The notes under the pieces were generated by a model. The model searched no databases, was not told the DNA's origin, and worked only from the letters and a program-made list of their open reading frames with translations. A program made the position numbers and the translations under genes. Positions 25,549-34,770 of a stretch of 39,228 nt of DNA are shown here, one piece after another. This DNA is from a virus. Every line of letters begins with the position of its first letter. Position 1 is the first letter of the stretch. The stretch lies in the UHGV virus genome UHGV-0211791; one strand, 5' to 3'.

Positions 25549-26902
25549 CTTCTATGTCCTCGTCAGTGATAGAACCACCGATCCCAATCACATCAGAAAT
25601 GTTCCTGAGATCATTAAGCGCGGCTGCCGGAGGCATTCCGAGGTCACGAACGGCGGTACCGAGTGCAGTAACCACATTGTTCGCCATCGTTGCGCGGTCC
25701 ACGTCTGACATCTCCCAGAGCTTGTTAAACTCGAAAGTAAAATCGTCAGGTAGTGGTTCACCGAACAGAGAACGCCAGGAGATATCGAGCAGCCAGCGGA
25801 TATGGCGGCGTAAGCGTCTCTCCTGCAGCGAGTTAACCCGGCTGTAGTAGTTTTCCAGATCGCCGTCGCCGGTATTGAAACCAGCAGGGGACTGTCCAAA
25901 CAGACGGACAAGAGGAATTCCCGTCGCGCCAGAAACCTGCTCAGCGAAGCGCAGGAGGACATCCGCGATACCGGCGAACGTATAGCTGTGAGTCTCGAAT
26001 TTATCCCTTGAGTCCATCATGGTCATGCCTTCGATGGTCTGAAACTCACGAATCATGTCCATGTGCTTCATCAGCGACTTTTCCAGATCACCGCCTTTGG
26101 CAAGGATGTCACGAAGCTTTTCAATGCTGTAGGTTCGCAGATGTGCTTTGTGGATCAGCTGTGTGGTGCCGACCGTTGCAGTATCGAACGCCTCTATACG
26201 CTCGAAAATACGCTCGACAACAGACATCCCCCAGCCGTTTTCCGTTTGGGCCTGCTGGAAAGGTAGCGTATCACCCTCCATGCGGATAACGCGGCTATGG
26301 TGGATCTTCCAGGTGGGGATCCCCTGCTGGTTCGTGATTACCTTGTAATATTTCGGTTTCCCAAAATCGGGACCGTAATCGGTAACGAGATCGTAATAAC
26401 TCGGGTTAACCATCCAGCGGTCAAGGCTCATCACGCCCTTAAACTGCCCCTCTTTGATGCGATCCAGTTTCAGCGGGGAGGACATATCCTGCCCTTCAAG
26501 CAGGACCACCAGCACCGCGCCACCGTACAATCGTGACCATTTGAGGTTATCGTTAAGCCCATCCCATATAGCGAGCTCATCCCAGAAGGTTTCGAGCTTA
26601 CCCTTTTGTCCGGGTTTCAGCTTTGAGCTGATGTTAATCCCCTTGCGGGTCATATCATCGGCCATCGCATCCACACCGGCACCAACGAGGAACGATGAAC
26701 GATACGCAAACTCCAGCATCACCCTGTTACGGCTGATGTACCCGGGCATGTACATTCCGCCCGTCTGTATGTTTCTGGTGTCGCTGCCAAGTTTGGCCGT
26801 GAAATTGTTGTACCCGTCAGATGTCCTAACGGGCTGCTGTGCGCCGTTCTGGCGTTTCTTTCGGGACATGTCACGCTCCGGCCAGTTTGGCCCAGGTATC
26901 AA
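25400..26902 (-). CDS. Portal protein
   Basis: 500 aa, directly after terL. Confidence 0.65.
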   Translation of the reverse strand: MIPGPNWPERDMSRKKRQNGAQQPVRTSDGYNNFTAKLGSDTRNIQTGGMYMPGYISRNRVMLEFAYRSSFLVGAGVDAMADDMTRKGINISSKLKPGQKGKLETFWDELAIWDGLNDNLKWSRLYGGAVLVVLLEGQDMSSPLKLDRIKEGQFKGVMSLDRWMVNPSYYDLVTDYGPDFGKPKYYKVITNQQGIPTWKIHHSRVIRMEGDTLPFQQAQTENGWGMSVVERIFERIEAFDTATVGTTQLIHKAHLRTYSIEKLRDILAKGGDLEKSLMKHMDMIREFQTIEGMTMMDSRDKFETHSYTFAGIADVLLRFAEQVSGATGIPLVRLFGQSPAGFNTGDGDLENYYSRVNSLQERRLRRHIRWLLDISWRSLFGEPLPDDFTFEFNKLWEMSDVDRATMANNVVTALGTAVRDLGMPPAAALNDLRNISDVIGIGGSITDEDIEDAKAQWEEDEPETIPPPPFGDPVSKKPVGDSKPDRADRRWYLRWFTGQR

Positions 26903-28502
26903 GAGAGGAATCCATCGGCGCGTAATTAATCATTACGGCGTCTGCAAGGTTCGGCGATTTTGTGCCTTCCGGCTGTTTATCCACGAGGATTTTACCGACG
27001 GCGTTTTTCGACCATGTAGGCTGTGAAAGCTCCATCAGCAGGCGGTCAATATTTTCTATCTCGCAGCTTATCGAAATGATTTCGTCAGGGTTGTAGTCCA
27101 TCCCGTTCAGCGCGCGGAAGGTGTTACGAAACAGCTTGCGAAGATGCCACCAGCTCTGTGCTTTCGCGTTCGCGAAGAAGTCTTTATTCAGGCGCGCCGC
27201 TTTACCGTTATCACCAGGAACGGCTTCATCTTCCGGATCGAATACGCTACCGCTACCACGGAAAGGCGTAGCTGTGATTGTTCCCCGGCCTTCAGCCTGC
27301 CTGAGCTCGTTTATCACGCGAGCATCGCCACGCGCACCAGCACCCAGACCGTCCTCATCGAAACGGAACTCATCCAGACCGTAATCGTCACAGTACCCAA
27401 ACGATTTAACGACAGAAGCGTAGATGTCGCTGCCAATGCCAGACCATTCGTGAACGTTCTGCAGAAGGAAGCCATAGCGGCAAGAAAAGCCGTTTTTGTC
27501 TTTCCCTTCGTCTGCGATATCCATTGCGCCGAGGCGCTGGCCGCTGGGCTGAATACCCAGTTTGATATGCGCGTCGACGGCAGCCTGCACCCATTCAGAA
27601 GGAATGAGAATCCCCTCTGTGGATGCGCTGTAGTTCAGGTCCAGTTCCTGAGCAACGATAATCGGATCATCAATTTTCAGACATTCGTTGCGGTACCACT
27701 CATCATCCTTACGCGGGTCGCTGCGCCAGTGGAACGTAAACACCGGGATATTTCCGCTGTGGCGCTTTTTAGCAAACGGGTTATTCATGCCGTTGACCGA
27801 AGAGAGGTCTATACGGCAGCGGGTGGTCTGTGATAGCGCAGCATCGATGAGAAATGGCCGTTTGAGGAATGCCGACTCATCCACAAAATAAAGCGTGGTA
27901 CGGTCACCACGGCCAATGTTATCGCCAGCCTCTCCCTTAATTACCGCGCCCGTTTCCGGGAACTCCACGCGCATGTAAGGGGCATGTTTTTTGTCACTCC
28001 ATGAACCGCGAAACTCAACCGGCAGCAGCTCGACAAACTTACGCGCTTTCCAGAACAGTGCTTTCGGGTCGCCGGTACTGTCGACATATTCCTCTTTACG
28101 GGAACCGAACCCGATCACCATTTCTTTGTTGAACAGGCAAAGCGAACAGGCCAGACCGATAGAGGTCCAGCTCAGCCCCATTTCTCGGCTTTTTTCTGTC
28201 AGTCCATGCTCAAGACTGGCGCGCCTGTCCATGATCCAGTGAATCCATTCCTCCTGGCGGGGGAACAGCAAAAACGGGATGGTGGCAGGCAGGCCATAAT
28301 CGAGGTTACGCGGGTCCGTCGTCATACCCCAGTCGATGATGAACTGAGCCGGGTTAGTGCGGTAAAACTCACGGAGTGCCGGAAGCATTTCAGGCGCTTT
28401 CCTGATCCGCTCCAGCCTCTCCATTCTCCATTCAAACACGGCGGTATAGTCCGGTTTGCGGAAGTCAAAGGGGAACGGGATCGGCACAGAAAAATTCCTC
28501 AA
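26871..28502 (-). CDS. terL: Terminase large subunit
   Basis: 543 aa after terS. TTG start in the ORF track; the real start may be the internal ATG. Confidence 0.7.
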   Translation of the reverse strand: MRNFSVPIPFPFDFRKPDYTAVFEWRMERLERIRKAPEMLPALREFYRTNPAQFIIDWGMTTDPRNLDYGLPATIPFLLFPRQEEWIHWIMDRRASLEHGLTEKSREMGLSWTSIGLACSLCLFNKEMVIGFGSRKEEYVDSTGDPKALFWKARKFVELLPVEFRGSWSDKKHAPYMRVEFPETGAVIKGEAGDNIGRGDRTTLYFVDESAFLKRPFLIDAALSQTTRCRIDLSSVNGMNNPFAKKRHSGNIPVFTFHWRSDPRKDDEWYRNECLKIDDPIIVAQELDLNYSASTEGILIPSEWVQAAVDAHIKLGIQPSGQRLGAMDIADEGKDKNGFSCRYGFLLQNVHEWSGIGSDIYASVVKSFGYCDDYGLDEFRFDEDGLGAGARGDARVINELRQAEGRGTITATPFRGSGSVFDPEDEAVPGDNGKAARLNKDFFANAKAQSWWHLRKLFRNTFRALNGMDYNPDEIISISCEIENIDRLLMELSQPTWSKNAVGKILVDKQPEGTKSPNLADAVMINYAPMDSSLDTWAKLAGA

Positions 28503-28512
28503 AAACGCCCCG

Positions 28513-28540
28513 ATTTAACATAATGGTCGTTACCCGCACT
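28513..28540 (-). repeat. dif-like 28-bp site B: AGTGCGGGTAA-CGACCA-TTATGTTAAAT, in the same orientation as site A
   Basis: XerD arm 11/11 and XerC arm 8/11 against E. coli dif. Sits 10 bp upstream of the terL start. Confidence 0.65.
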
Positions 28541-28685
28541 GGCGCAACAGCACCCATCACGCAAACGGCGTGAAGCCTCTGTTTTGAACAGAAAAGTGGT
28601 CAAATCGGGATGAATAAAACGTGCATAAAACGAGTCAAAAAGTGCATAGCGTTTTTACGGTTCGAAACGCCTGTTTTTGCAATTT

Positions 28686-29288
28686 TCAGCCCAGGTATTT
28701 TTTGTAGATATCTGCTGCTTCCTGCGGGGTCAGGTTCGCCGCGTCGGCTTTGGCTGCCTCGTCCATATTGTTGAACGGTTCGAAAATTTTCGGTGCTCCC
28801 AGCTCCATAAGCAGGGTTGCCGGAACTTTTACCCCCTCAGCCTCAAGCAGTTGCGCCGCCTCTAGCGCGGAGTATTTCCCGGCTACCTTGTGTTTCATCA
28901 CCTCGCGAAGCACATCACGCTGACGTTCTTCCTCGCTATAGACGCTGGTACCAAGACCGAGCGCTTTCGAGAAAACAGCAATATCGTTGTGCGTGGGCAG
29001 CACATCTTCAATTGTGGTTTTCACACCATCCGGCGATGTGGTGACAACTTTCCGTTTACGAACGTCCAGGCTCTTACCGGCGACGCGGTTTATTTTCTCT
29101 CTGAGAGCTTCGCGAGCCTCAGTAAAAGCGCGCTCAAACTCGATATTCTCTTTACGCCAGCGACGGATCGTCGTCTCGTCCACACCTAAGCGCTGAGCAA
29201 CCATCCGATTGCTGATTTTGCTACGGGCTAATGCCATGTCCATAACGATACCGACGTAGGCTTTTCTGAAGCTTTTTTTAGGAGCCAT
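28686..29288 (-). CDS. terS: Terminase small subunit (N-terminal HTH)
   Basis: 200 aa. HTH NRMVAQRLGVDETTIRRW. Position upstream of terL. Confidence 0.65.
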   Translation of the reverse strand: MAPKKSFRKAYVGIVMDMALARSKISNRMVAQRLGVDETTIRRWRKENIEFERAFTEAREALREKINRVAGKSLDVRKRKVVTTSPDGVKTTIEDVLPTHNDIAVFSKALGLGTSVYSEEERQRDVLREVMKHKVAGKYSALEAAQLLEAEGVKVPATLLMELGAPKIFEPFNNMDEAAKADAANLTPQEAADIYKKYLG

Positions 29289-29339
29289 ACTTCCGCCTAA
29301 GTCAATGTGATTATTTTTTGTTCAAAATCCAATTTCTCC

Positions 29340-29450
29340 GATCCGGGTGCGGCGTATCACGCGGTAAATTCTGGCGTGCAGGCCGCGTCCTCTCTGGTGC
29401 CAAGTGCGGCATATCAGAGGGGGTAAAAATGCGGCATATCCTTTTTTTCG
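29340..29450. repeat. Iterated GTGCGGC(A/G)TATC repeats (GGTGCGGCGTATCAC, AGTGCGGCATATCAG, AATGCGGCATATCC) including a degenerate dif-like 28-mer, downstream of the Xer-like recombinase gene
   Basis: Three direct copies within 110 bp. A fourth (GTGCGGCATCATC) lies at about 30416 inside the recombinase 5' end. Confidence 0.5.
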
Positions 29451-29532
29451 GGAAAACTGCGATTTGATGCCTGGAGGCCGCGCAGAATGGGGAGATAGTG
29501 GATCGCCCTAATATTTCCACTATGTGGATAAC

Positions 29533-30546
29533 TCAGTCCAAATCCATCTCCACCACTTCACCGAACAGGTGACCGTAAACGTCCATTGTGGTTTTGATGT
29601 TCGAATGCCCAATAAGTCGGGAAACCTTCAGAATATCGACGCCTTTGTTTGCCAGGCGAGATACAGCAAAGTGGCGAAGATGATGGAATCGCTTAATGCC
29701 ATAGTCGTTCAGGGTTCTGACGAGAACGCCCTGAGTGCCGTAGCTGGTAGCGAGGCATGCGCCGGTAAACTGGTTGCAGATAAGAGGCTCAGAGGTACCG
29801 AGTTTACTTTTATCCAGCAACGCGAAAAGCTCACGCGGCATCCTTACCCGGCGCTCCACGCCTCTTTTCAGCCCCTCATGTATAACGCCGTCAACAACAT
29901 GCCCCCGGATGTCGATCCAGTCGGCTGACACGTCGTTATAAGTAACCGCCAGAGCCTCACCGATGCGCAGGCCACAAATCCCGAGCCAGCACGCGATACG
30001 CTCACGAACTGGCGCGTTATTCAGTAGCTCCCTGACCGATGATGATGGCGGTATGGTGATGGGTCGACGCTTCCGGCGCACGGGACGGTCAACAGGGTTA
30101 AAAGTGATGAGCCGCTTTTCTACCAGTAGGAAGAAAGCCGAACGAATCCAGCGATGGCAGCCGGTGCGTACCGAATCAACAATATCGCGATGGCTGATAT
30201 GGAGAATATTTTTTTCCAGTATCAGCCCGTCTACAGCGAGAAGATCGTGACGGCATTTCGTATAAGACGATAGTCGTATGATATTTTTTTCCAGCTTGCC
30301 GGCCTGATACCCCAGATAAAACAAAATTAACTTTCGAAAAGTCCAGGAATGGTCTATTCCGGTCCAGCTGGCAGTTCGACAATCCAGCTCGATATTCTGT
30401 TTTTGCCAGAAAAGATGTGCGGCATCATCAATATTCTTAAAGATGCGGCGGCGTCCATGACCGGATTTTTCATCCTTCCAGTGGACGTAATATTTTGATT
30501 GTCCATTGACATCAGTGGATTCTTTTATCGAAGCCATGCTGAACAA
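29533..30546 (-). CDS. Xer-like tyrosine recombinase (second recombinase, in the late region)
   Basis: Catalytic motifs GLRIGEAL, HHLRHFAVSRL and LIGHSNIKTTMDVYGHL match the XerC/D pattern (LLGHS..TT..YTH). Confidence 0.75.
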   Translation of the reverse strand: MFSMASIKESTDVNGQSKYYVHWKDEKSGHGRRRIFKNIDDAAHLFWQKQNIELDCRTASWTGIDHSWTFRKLILFYLGYQAGKLEKNIIRLSSYTKCRHDLLAVDGLILEKNILHISHRDIVDSVRTGCHRWIRSAFFLLVEKRLITFNPVDRPVRRKRRPITIPPSSSVRELLNNAPVRERIACWLGICGLRIGEALAVTYNDVSADWIDIRGHVVDGVIHEGLKRGVERRVRMPRELFALLDKSKLGTSEPLICNQFTGACLATSYGTQGVLVRTLNDYGIKRFHHLRHFAVSRLANKGVDILKVSRLIGHSNIKTTMDVYGHLFGEVVEMDLD

Positions 30547-30604
30547 TCCTCACTCAAAAAACATTATCGAAGCCCCTCAGTGAAGGGCTCCTGTAATATC
30601 AGCT

Positions 30605-31009
30605 TTATAGAGGAGTAAAACGGAAATTAGTGACATATTTAGCCACCACGATAACCCGCCCTTTCAGATCTTTGGTAGCTGCACAGTGGTAATAATCTCC
30701 GTTCGCCTTCGGTTGGTCTTGATCCGAATAGCCCAGGATTTTTTTACCATCATTCAGTTCAAAAACTGCCTCATAAACGGTTTCCCCGGTATCGGCAGGC
30801 TCACTATCTGTTAAATGAAAGGATGATTCAGTTTCACGAAGTATATCCACGGATATTTCCTCGCCGATTTTCACCGCCTCTCTTGCTGCAATTTCAGTTG
30901 CGCATGAAAGAGCGCGAAGAATATTACCTAATTCACTTTTTTCCGGGCGATAGTCCACTTCCATTACAAATGGAGAAAGTCCCGATACGGTGACTGTTAT
31001 TTTTTCCAT
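30605..31009 (-). CDS. Hypothetical protein (134 aa)
   Basis: ORF with intergenic gaps on both sides. Confidence 0.45.
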   Translation of the reverse strand: MEKITVTVSGLSPFVMEVDYRPEKSELGNILRALSCATEIAAREAVKIGEEISVDILRETESSFHLTDSEPADTGETVYEAVFELNDGKKILGYSDQDQPKANGDYYHCAATKDLKGRVIVVAKYVTNFRFTPL

Positions 31010-31013
31010 CGCG

Positions 31014-31199
31014 TTAATCTCTCACTAAAGTAACTTTCGTTTTGGTAAACCGGCGCACCAGTCGAGCAGCCTCACGCTGGAGCTCACCTTCGATATGAGG
31101 AGTAAGTGGCTTACGTGCGTATTTCTGGCTTATTTCTTCAATCACCTGGTTTATTTGCTCATTACTCGGCGGGATTACTTCAATATTTAAGCTAGCCAT
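31014..31199 (-). CDS. Hypothetical small protein (61 aa, MASLNIEV...)
   Basis: GAGG RBS 7 nt upstream of ATG 31199. The longer ORF-track form would overlap the next gene. Confidence 0.4.
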   Translation of the reverse strand: MASLNIEVIPPSNEQINQVIEEISQKYARKPLTPHIEGELQREAARLVRRFTKTKVTLVRD

Positions 31200-31228
31200 C
31201 TGGCGACCTCTGTTTTTGTCACTTACCG

Positions 31229-31426
31229 CTATTTGTTCATTGGTGGAGTTTTTGGACCATTTGCCGGAGAACGCGGCTTTGGATAACAGTTCTGGCAATG
31301 GAGAGCTGGTGGATTTACTTGCACTCCACATTTATGACATTCACCTGGTGATTTGCCCTTAGCTGGGGCAGTGATCAAGACCACGATAAAAAGAGCCAGA
31401 ATTAAAGCGGGGATGGCAAGCATCAT
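31229..31426 (-). CDS. Small membrane protein with a C-terminal CxxC-x10-CxxC zinc ribbon (65 aa)
   Basis: N-terminal TM helix (LAIPALILALFIVVLITA). ATGA overlap with the Rz stop. Confidence 0.4.
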   Translation of the reverse strand: MMLAIPALILALFIVVLITAPAKGKSPGECHKCGVQVNPPALHCQNCYPKPRSPANGPKTPPMNK

Positions 31427-31938
31427 TTCCGGTCCTTCTCTATTTCACGTATTCCAGCCAGCTGGTTATTCGCTTTTTCGATAGCAGCCAGCAGCGGCTT
31501 GATCCAGAGAACAGCCTGGCAATACGTCAGCGTGCTGGGGGTAGTGGCGCTATCACCGGCTGCGTCAGCGTTGCCGGAATCAGTGTGCATTGCGCTGGCA
31601 CGTAGACGGTTCGTGTATTCGAGCAGCCCACCAGCGACATCAGCAGGAACAGGCAGATCACAGGTTTTTTCACGGCGGAGGATCTCCCGGTATTCGATAA
31701 CCGTGTTATCGGAGCTGGCATCAATCAGTGAATTGTTCCGGTTGGTATAGTCGGCAATCTGATTGAAACGATTGATGTTAAAAGCCTGAGTGGCTATCAC
31801 CTGCCGCTGGCCATCGACCTCTTGCTCTGCTTTTTCTGCCCTGCCACGCTGTTCGCTAACCTGCCCCAGCAGCACAAAAATAATGATTCCTGACAGCAGC
31901 AACTCAACGCCCAGAAGCAACCAGGTTTTCAGGGTCAT
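31423..31938 (-). CDS. Rz: Rz-like i-spanin
   Basis: N-terminal TM domain, coiled-coil periplasmic domain, position after the endolysin. Confidence 0.75.
   Translation of the reverse strand: MTLKTWLLLGVELLLSGIIIFVLLGQVSEQRGRAEKAEQEVDGQRQVIATQAFNINRFNQIADYTNRNNSLIDASSDNTVIEYREILRREKTCDLPVPADVAGGLLEYTNRLRASAMHTDSGNADAAGDSATTPSTLTYCQAVLWIKPLLAAIEKANNQLAGIREIEKDRK
31527..31724 (-). CDS. Rz1: Rz1-like o-spanin lipoprotein embedded in the +1 frame of Rz
   Basis: Lipobox LVGCS. Pro-rich C-terminus. Lies entirely within Rz. Start codon uncertain. Confidence 0.65.
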   Translation of the reverse strand: MMPAPITRLSNTGRSSAVKKPVICLFLLMSLVGCSNTRTVYVPAQCTLIPATLTQPVIAPLPPAR

Positions 31939-32465
31939 TTATCAAGCCCCCAGCACGCTAGTTCGGACTCCTGGTCACGACGTAGAACCTGCCCGTAACA
32001 ATTGTTAGAGCGGATACGACAATCGCGGCCACCGTCATAGATCCAGCGTTTTATCTCTGCGCAGGCACCGGTCCGATCACCAGCATTGAGTTTTCTCCAG
32101 AACGTTGACGGCAAACATTTTCCGGGACCGATGTTCCACGGGCAGAAAGACGCTATACCGACTTTTTGTGGCTCTGTCAGCGGAACTCGAACGTTTTTTT
32201 CCACCCAGGCCAAAGCTTTCGCCTGCTCAGCCTTGTCGATTTTGTCGCATTGCTCGCGAGTCAGCTGCATACCTTTAACAACTGGCTTACCATCGACGCG
32301 AGTTACGCCGCCGCAAATCGTCCATACACCACCGGCATCAGGGTAAGCTATCAGGCTTGTACCCTCTTTTTCTTCCTGAAACTGGCTCATAAGTACCGGT
32401 GCGGACGCGCCAGCGGCCAGCAGCCCAAGCATGGCAGCGCTGAGCTTGCTTTTAGTTGATGCCAT
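31935..32465 (-). CDS. R: SAR endolysin (P21 R21-like lysozyme with N-terminal signal-anchor-release domain)
   Basis: GVWTICGG and ACAEIKRWIYDGGR align with R21. N-terminal weakly hydrophobic Gly/Ala-rich SAR segment. Confidence 0.8.
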   Translation of the reverse strand: MASTKSKLSAAMLGLLAAGASAPVLMSQFQEEKEGTSLIAYPDAGGVWTICGGVTRVDGKPVVKGMQLTREQCDKIDKAEQAKALAWVEKNVRVPLTEPQKVGIASFCPWNIGPGKCLPSTFWRKLNAGDRTGACAEIKRWIYDGGRDCRIRSNNCYGQVLRRDQESELACWGLDK

Positions 32466-32467
32466 GA

Positions 32468-32716
32468 TTAGTTGTCCTGCGGTGGAGGGGTTACATAGCC
32501 ACGCGCCAGCGCTGCCTCATAGGCTTTTGTCTGGCGGCGTTTGAAGTAAAAGTTAACGAAGAAAGTCAGCAAGCCAATAACGAAGCCGCCGACGACTGCT
32601 ACAAGGTTCCAGTCAAGGTCATGTATCCATTTAGCTATGCCACCCCAGCAAATGAGGCCGCCGGATGTACAGTACCCCGCTATCGATGCGATTTTGTCAG
32701 GCATAGTTCTGTGCAT
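32468..32716 (-). CDS. S: Pinholin (S21-like, 2 TMD) with dual-start motif MHRTM
   Basis: LTFFVNFYFKRRQT against S21 LTYLTNLYFKIRED. Met1 and Met5 are separated by a basic residue. Confidence 0.75.
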   Translation of the reverse strand: MHRTMPDKIASIAGYCTSGGLICWGGIAKWIHDLDWNLVAVVGGFVIGLLTFFVNFYFKRRQTKAYEAALARGYVTPPPQDN

Positions 32717-32756
32717 TCCACACCTCCGGGTTCGGGGTGCTGTGTGTGAAAGGAAG

Positions 32757-33371
32757 TTAAATTCTGCGGAAAGCGTACGACGCGACGCCTTTACGCCCTA
32801 ACTGGCATTCGATTGTGTTTTGCTCTGCGCAGGTGAAGCCCTGCTCCGCAAACCAGCGCCTGATACCTTCATCAGTGAAATACCAGATATGCTCGTTCTT
32901 TCTGAAATGATGGGAACGGAGAATGTCACCGGCATCAGTGAAAATTGGGATCGACACGAATACGTATTCGCTGGCCTGCTGTACCGCCAGCTCTGGCTCG
33001 TCGATGTGCTCCAGTACATCCCACATCGTAAGAGCTCGCCACTGACAGGCGTAGAGGTCAGCGAATGCGCCCCGCTCGTTCAGCCAGGCGATACCAGCCG
33101 GATTAACGTCATACCCAAGCGTTCCCGGTCGGGTAGAAACGAACTGACCGGCACCGATACCAACGTCGAGAACAGGGCCGTGAAAATGGCGCTCCACCAG
33201 CTCAATACGTGATTGCGTTAAAGCTCTGCCCGTTTCGGTGTCGGCAAGTTGCTGATACTTCGCGAAATATTGTTCGTCATACGGGCGTGATGCCGGAACG
33301 GGGTAACGTCCGATCCCCAGCTCCGGTAAAAATACCAGCCCGCTTTCCAGTTCCTGATAAAACGACTTCAT
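32757..33371 (-). CDS. Class I SAM-dependent methyltransferase (start uncertain)
   Basis: Motif I VLDVGIGAGQF. Post-I DVLEHI. Confidence 0.7.
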   Translation of the reverse strand: MKSFYQELESGLVFLPELGIGRYPVPASRPYDEQYFAKYQQLADTETGRALTQSRIELVERHFHGPVLDVGIGAGQFVSTRPGTLGYDVNPAGIAWLNERGAFADLYACQWRALTMWDVLEHIDEPELAVQQASEYVFVSIPIFTDAGDILRSHHFRKNEHIWYFTDEGIRRWFAEQGFTCAEQNTIECQLGRKGVASYAFRRI

Positions 33372-34218
33372 GAAGCCAGGCCTCGAATTTATCGGAGAAA
33401 TTTGAAATCCGCTTGTCGCAGTGGTGATCCCATGCTTCACAGCGGCAGTAATTGTCGGGAATTGCCCAGCCAACCCGGGAGAGGTTCATCACTGGATCGG
33501 TGACGATTTCCGGCGCGTTATGACCACCGCGCCCACCAGCAACGACATACACCGGCGTTTTATAGGCAATAGCAGCAGGAAGCGCCCATCCCACCGGCGT
33601 AACCACCACGGCGGCATGTTCAACCAGGCGCATCAGTGATTTGAAGTTGAGCTGACCGGAGTGCATGCGCAGATCTGCTTCGGGAAGTTCACCGACGGAC
33701 CACTCCTCCCCCTCCTGCAGGTCAGCCACACTGATTACACAAAAATGCTTTCTCAGTAACCGGGATGCCTGCAACAGGTAATCTGGATCAGGATTACGGG
33801 AATCACTGCGCCATTCACTGCGAACAGTTGCCGGACGAATTACCGCGATCGGCTTTTCAGACGTAAATTCAGCTGGTCCGTAAGAGGGCAAATCAAGTTC
33901 TGACGGCTCGGTGCCAAACTGCTGGCGCATCGCGTCAAATATTGAACCGCGCCGAAGATGATCCGGACCGTAGAAAATCCGTTTTGTCTGGCGCATATCT
34001 GGCGACAGGTGAAAAGCGGCCTGCGTCCGGTACTCGTTTTTGCGCTGCGTGCGGAGCGTTGTAAAACTGCGAACGGGCAGAACGGGCAAATCTTCGTACA
34101 GTTCGGGCCAGGCGGTCCGGATATAAGTACCGGCGGGCAACTTCTTAACGAAAGCGCGCTGGTAGATGTTGTCACCCATGCCCAGCATGCCTTCAATGAA
34201 TAGAGGAACGTTCAACAT
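33277..34218 (-). CDS. GT9-like (heptosyltransferase-like) GT-B glycosyltransferase
   Basis: C-terminal VVVTPVGWALPAAIAYKTPVYVV resembles the GT9 motif ..NDSGPMHLAAALGTPTVAL. Confidence 0.5.
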   Translation of the reverse strand: MLNVPLFIEGMLGMGDNIYQRAFVKKLPAGTYIRTAWPELYEDLPVLPVRSFTTLRTQRKNEYRTQAAFHLSPDMRQTKRIFYGPDHLRRGSIFDAMRQQFGTEPSELDLPSYGPAEFTSEKPIAVIRPATVRSEWRSDSRNPDPDYLLQASRLLRKHFCVISVADLQEGEEWSVGELPEADLRMHSGQLNFKSLMRLVEHAAVVVTPVGWALPAAIAYKTPVYVVAGGRGGHNAPEIVTDPVMNLSRVGWAIPDNYCRCEAWDHHCDKRISNFSDKFEAWLHEVVLSGTGKRAGIFTGAGDRTLPRSGITPV

Positions 34219-34223
34219 GCTAC

Positions 34224-34763
34224 CTAGCGTAAAGCCTCATTGAGGCTGAGCCGCCGAAAGCACTTTAGCGCTGTCTGGTGGCTACTGTTGATAATATTAA
34301 CCTTCCCGGCCAGCGTTCTGGCGGTATTGGCAAACTCAGCGCGCCATCGCGTAACACTCTCTGCTGTAGGGTTATCCAGCCCGACGTGATCACCATGCCA
34401 GTGACTGCCGCCATTTATGGAGCAGTCAAACCCTAACAGGATGATGTTTTTTGCCCCCAAGCTGGCAGCAAAGAGAATCGAGCGCTGCCCGGAGTTGAAG
34501 GCCCAGCGGGTATCTGTATCAAACAGATTTAGCCCGTAGCGTTTATGAGCCCGGTAATTACAGGTCCAGCAAGAGGCAGAGGAAGGCAGAACATCGATGT
34601 TTGCATCCCACCAGCGCAGATCACCCGCGTAAATATATTCACAATCAGGCACGGCTCGCCAGGTGGAGTTAACAGCAATAACCGGCAGCCCCGATCCGGA
34701 GATCAGTTCGCAATCTGATTTATTGAGAGATGGGCCGGATGCACAAATGATGAATGTGTTCAT
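34224..34763 (-). CDS. DUF115/MptE-like (Maf-type) putative transferase, 179 aa
   Basis: N-terminal IICASGPSL resembles the G-x-GPSL motif of DUF115 proteins. From memory and tentative. Confidence 0.35.
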   Translation of the reverse strand: MNTFIICASGPSLNKSDCELISGSGLPVIAVNSTWRAVPDCEYIYAGDLRWWDANIDVLPSSASCWTCNYRAHKRYGLNLFDTDTRWAFNSGQRSILFAASLGAKNIILLGFDCSINGGSHWHGDHVGLDNPTAESVTRWRAEFANTARTLAGKVNIINSSHQTALKCFRRLSLNEALR

Positions 34764-34770
34764 GCATGAG

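Noticed and set aside
24619-28540. XerCD-mediated deletion of terL-portal-MuF between the two direct dif-like sites
   Set aside because: The central 6-bp regions differ (GAACCC against CGACCA), so efficient strand exchange between the two sites is unlikely. They are kept as individual sites in the main finding.
28657-28691. Shared 11-mer GGGCTGAAAAT near both dif-like sites as an accessory sequence
   Set aside because: The copy near site B overlaps the terS coding end in inverted orientation. It is probably chance.
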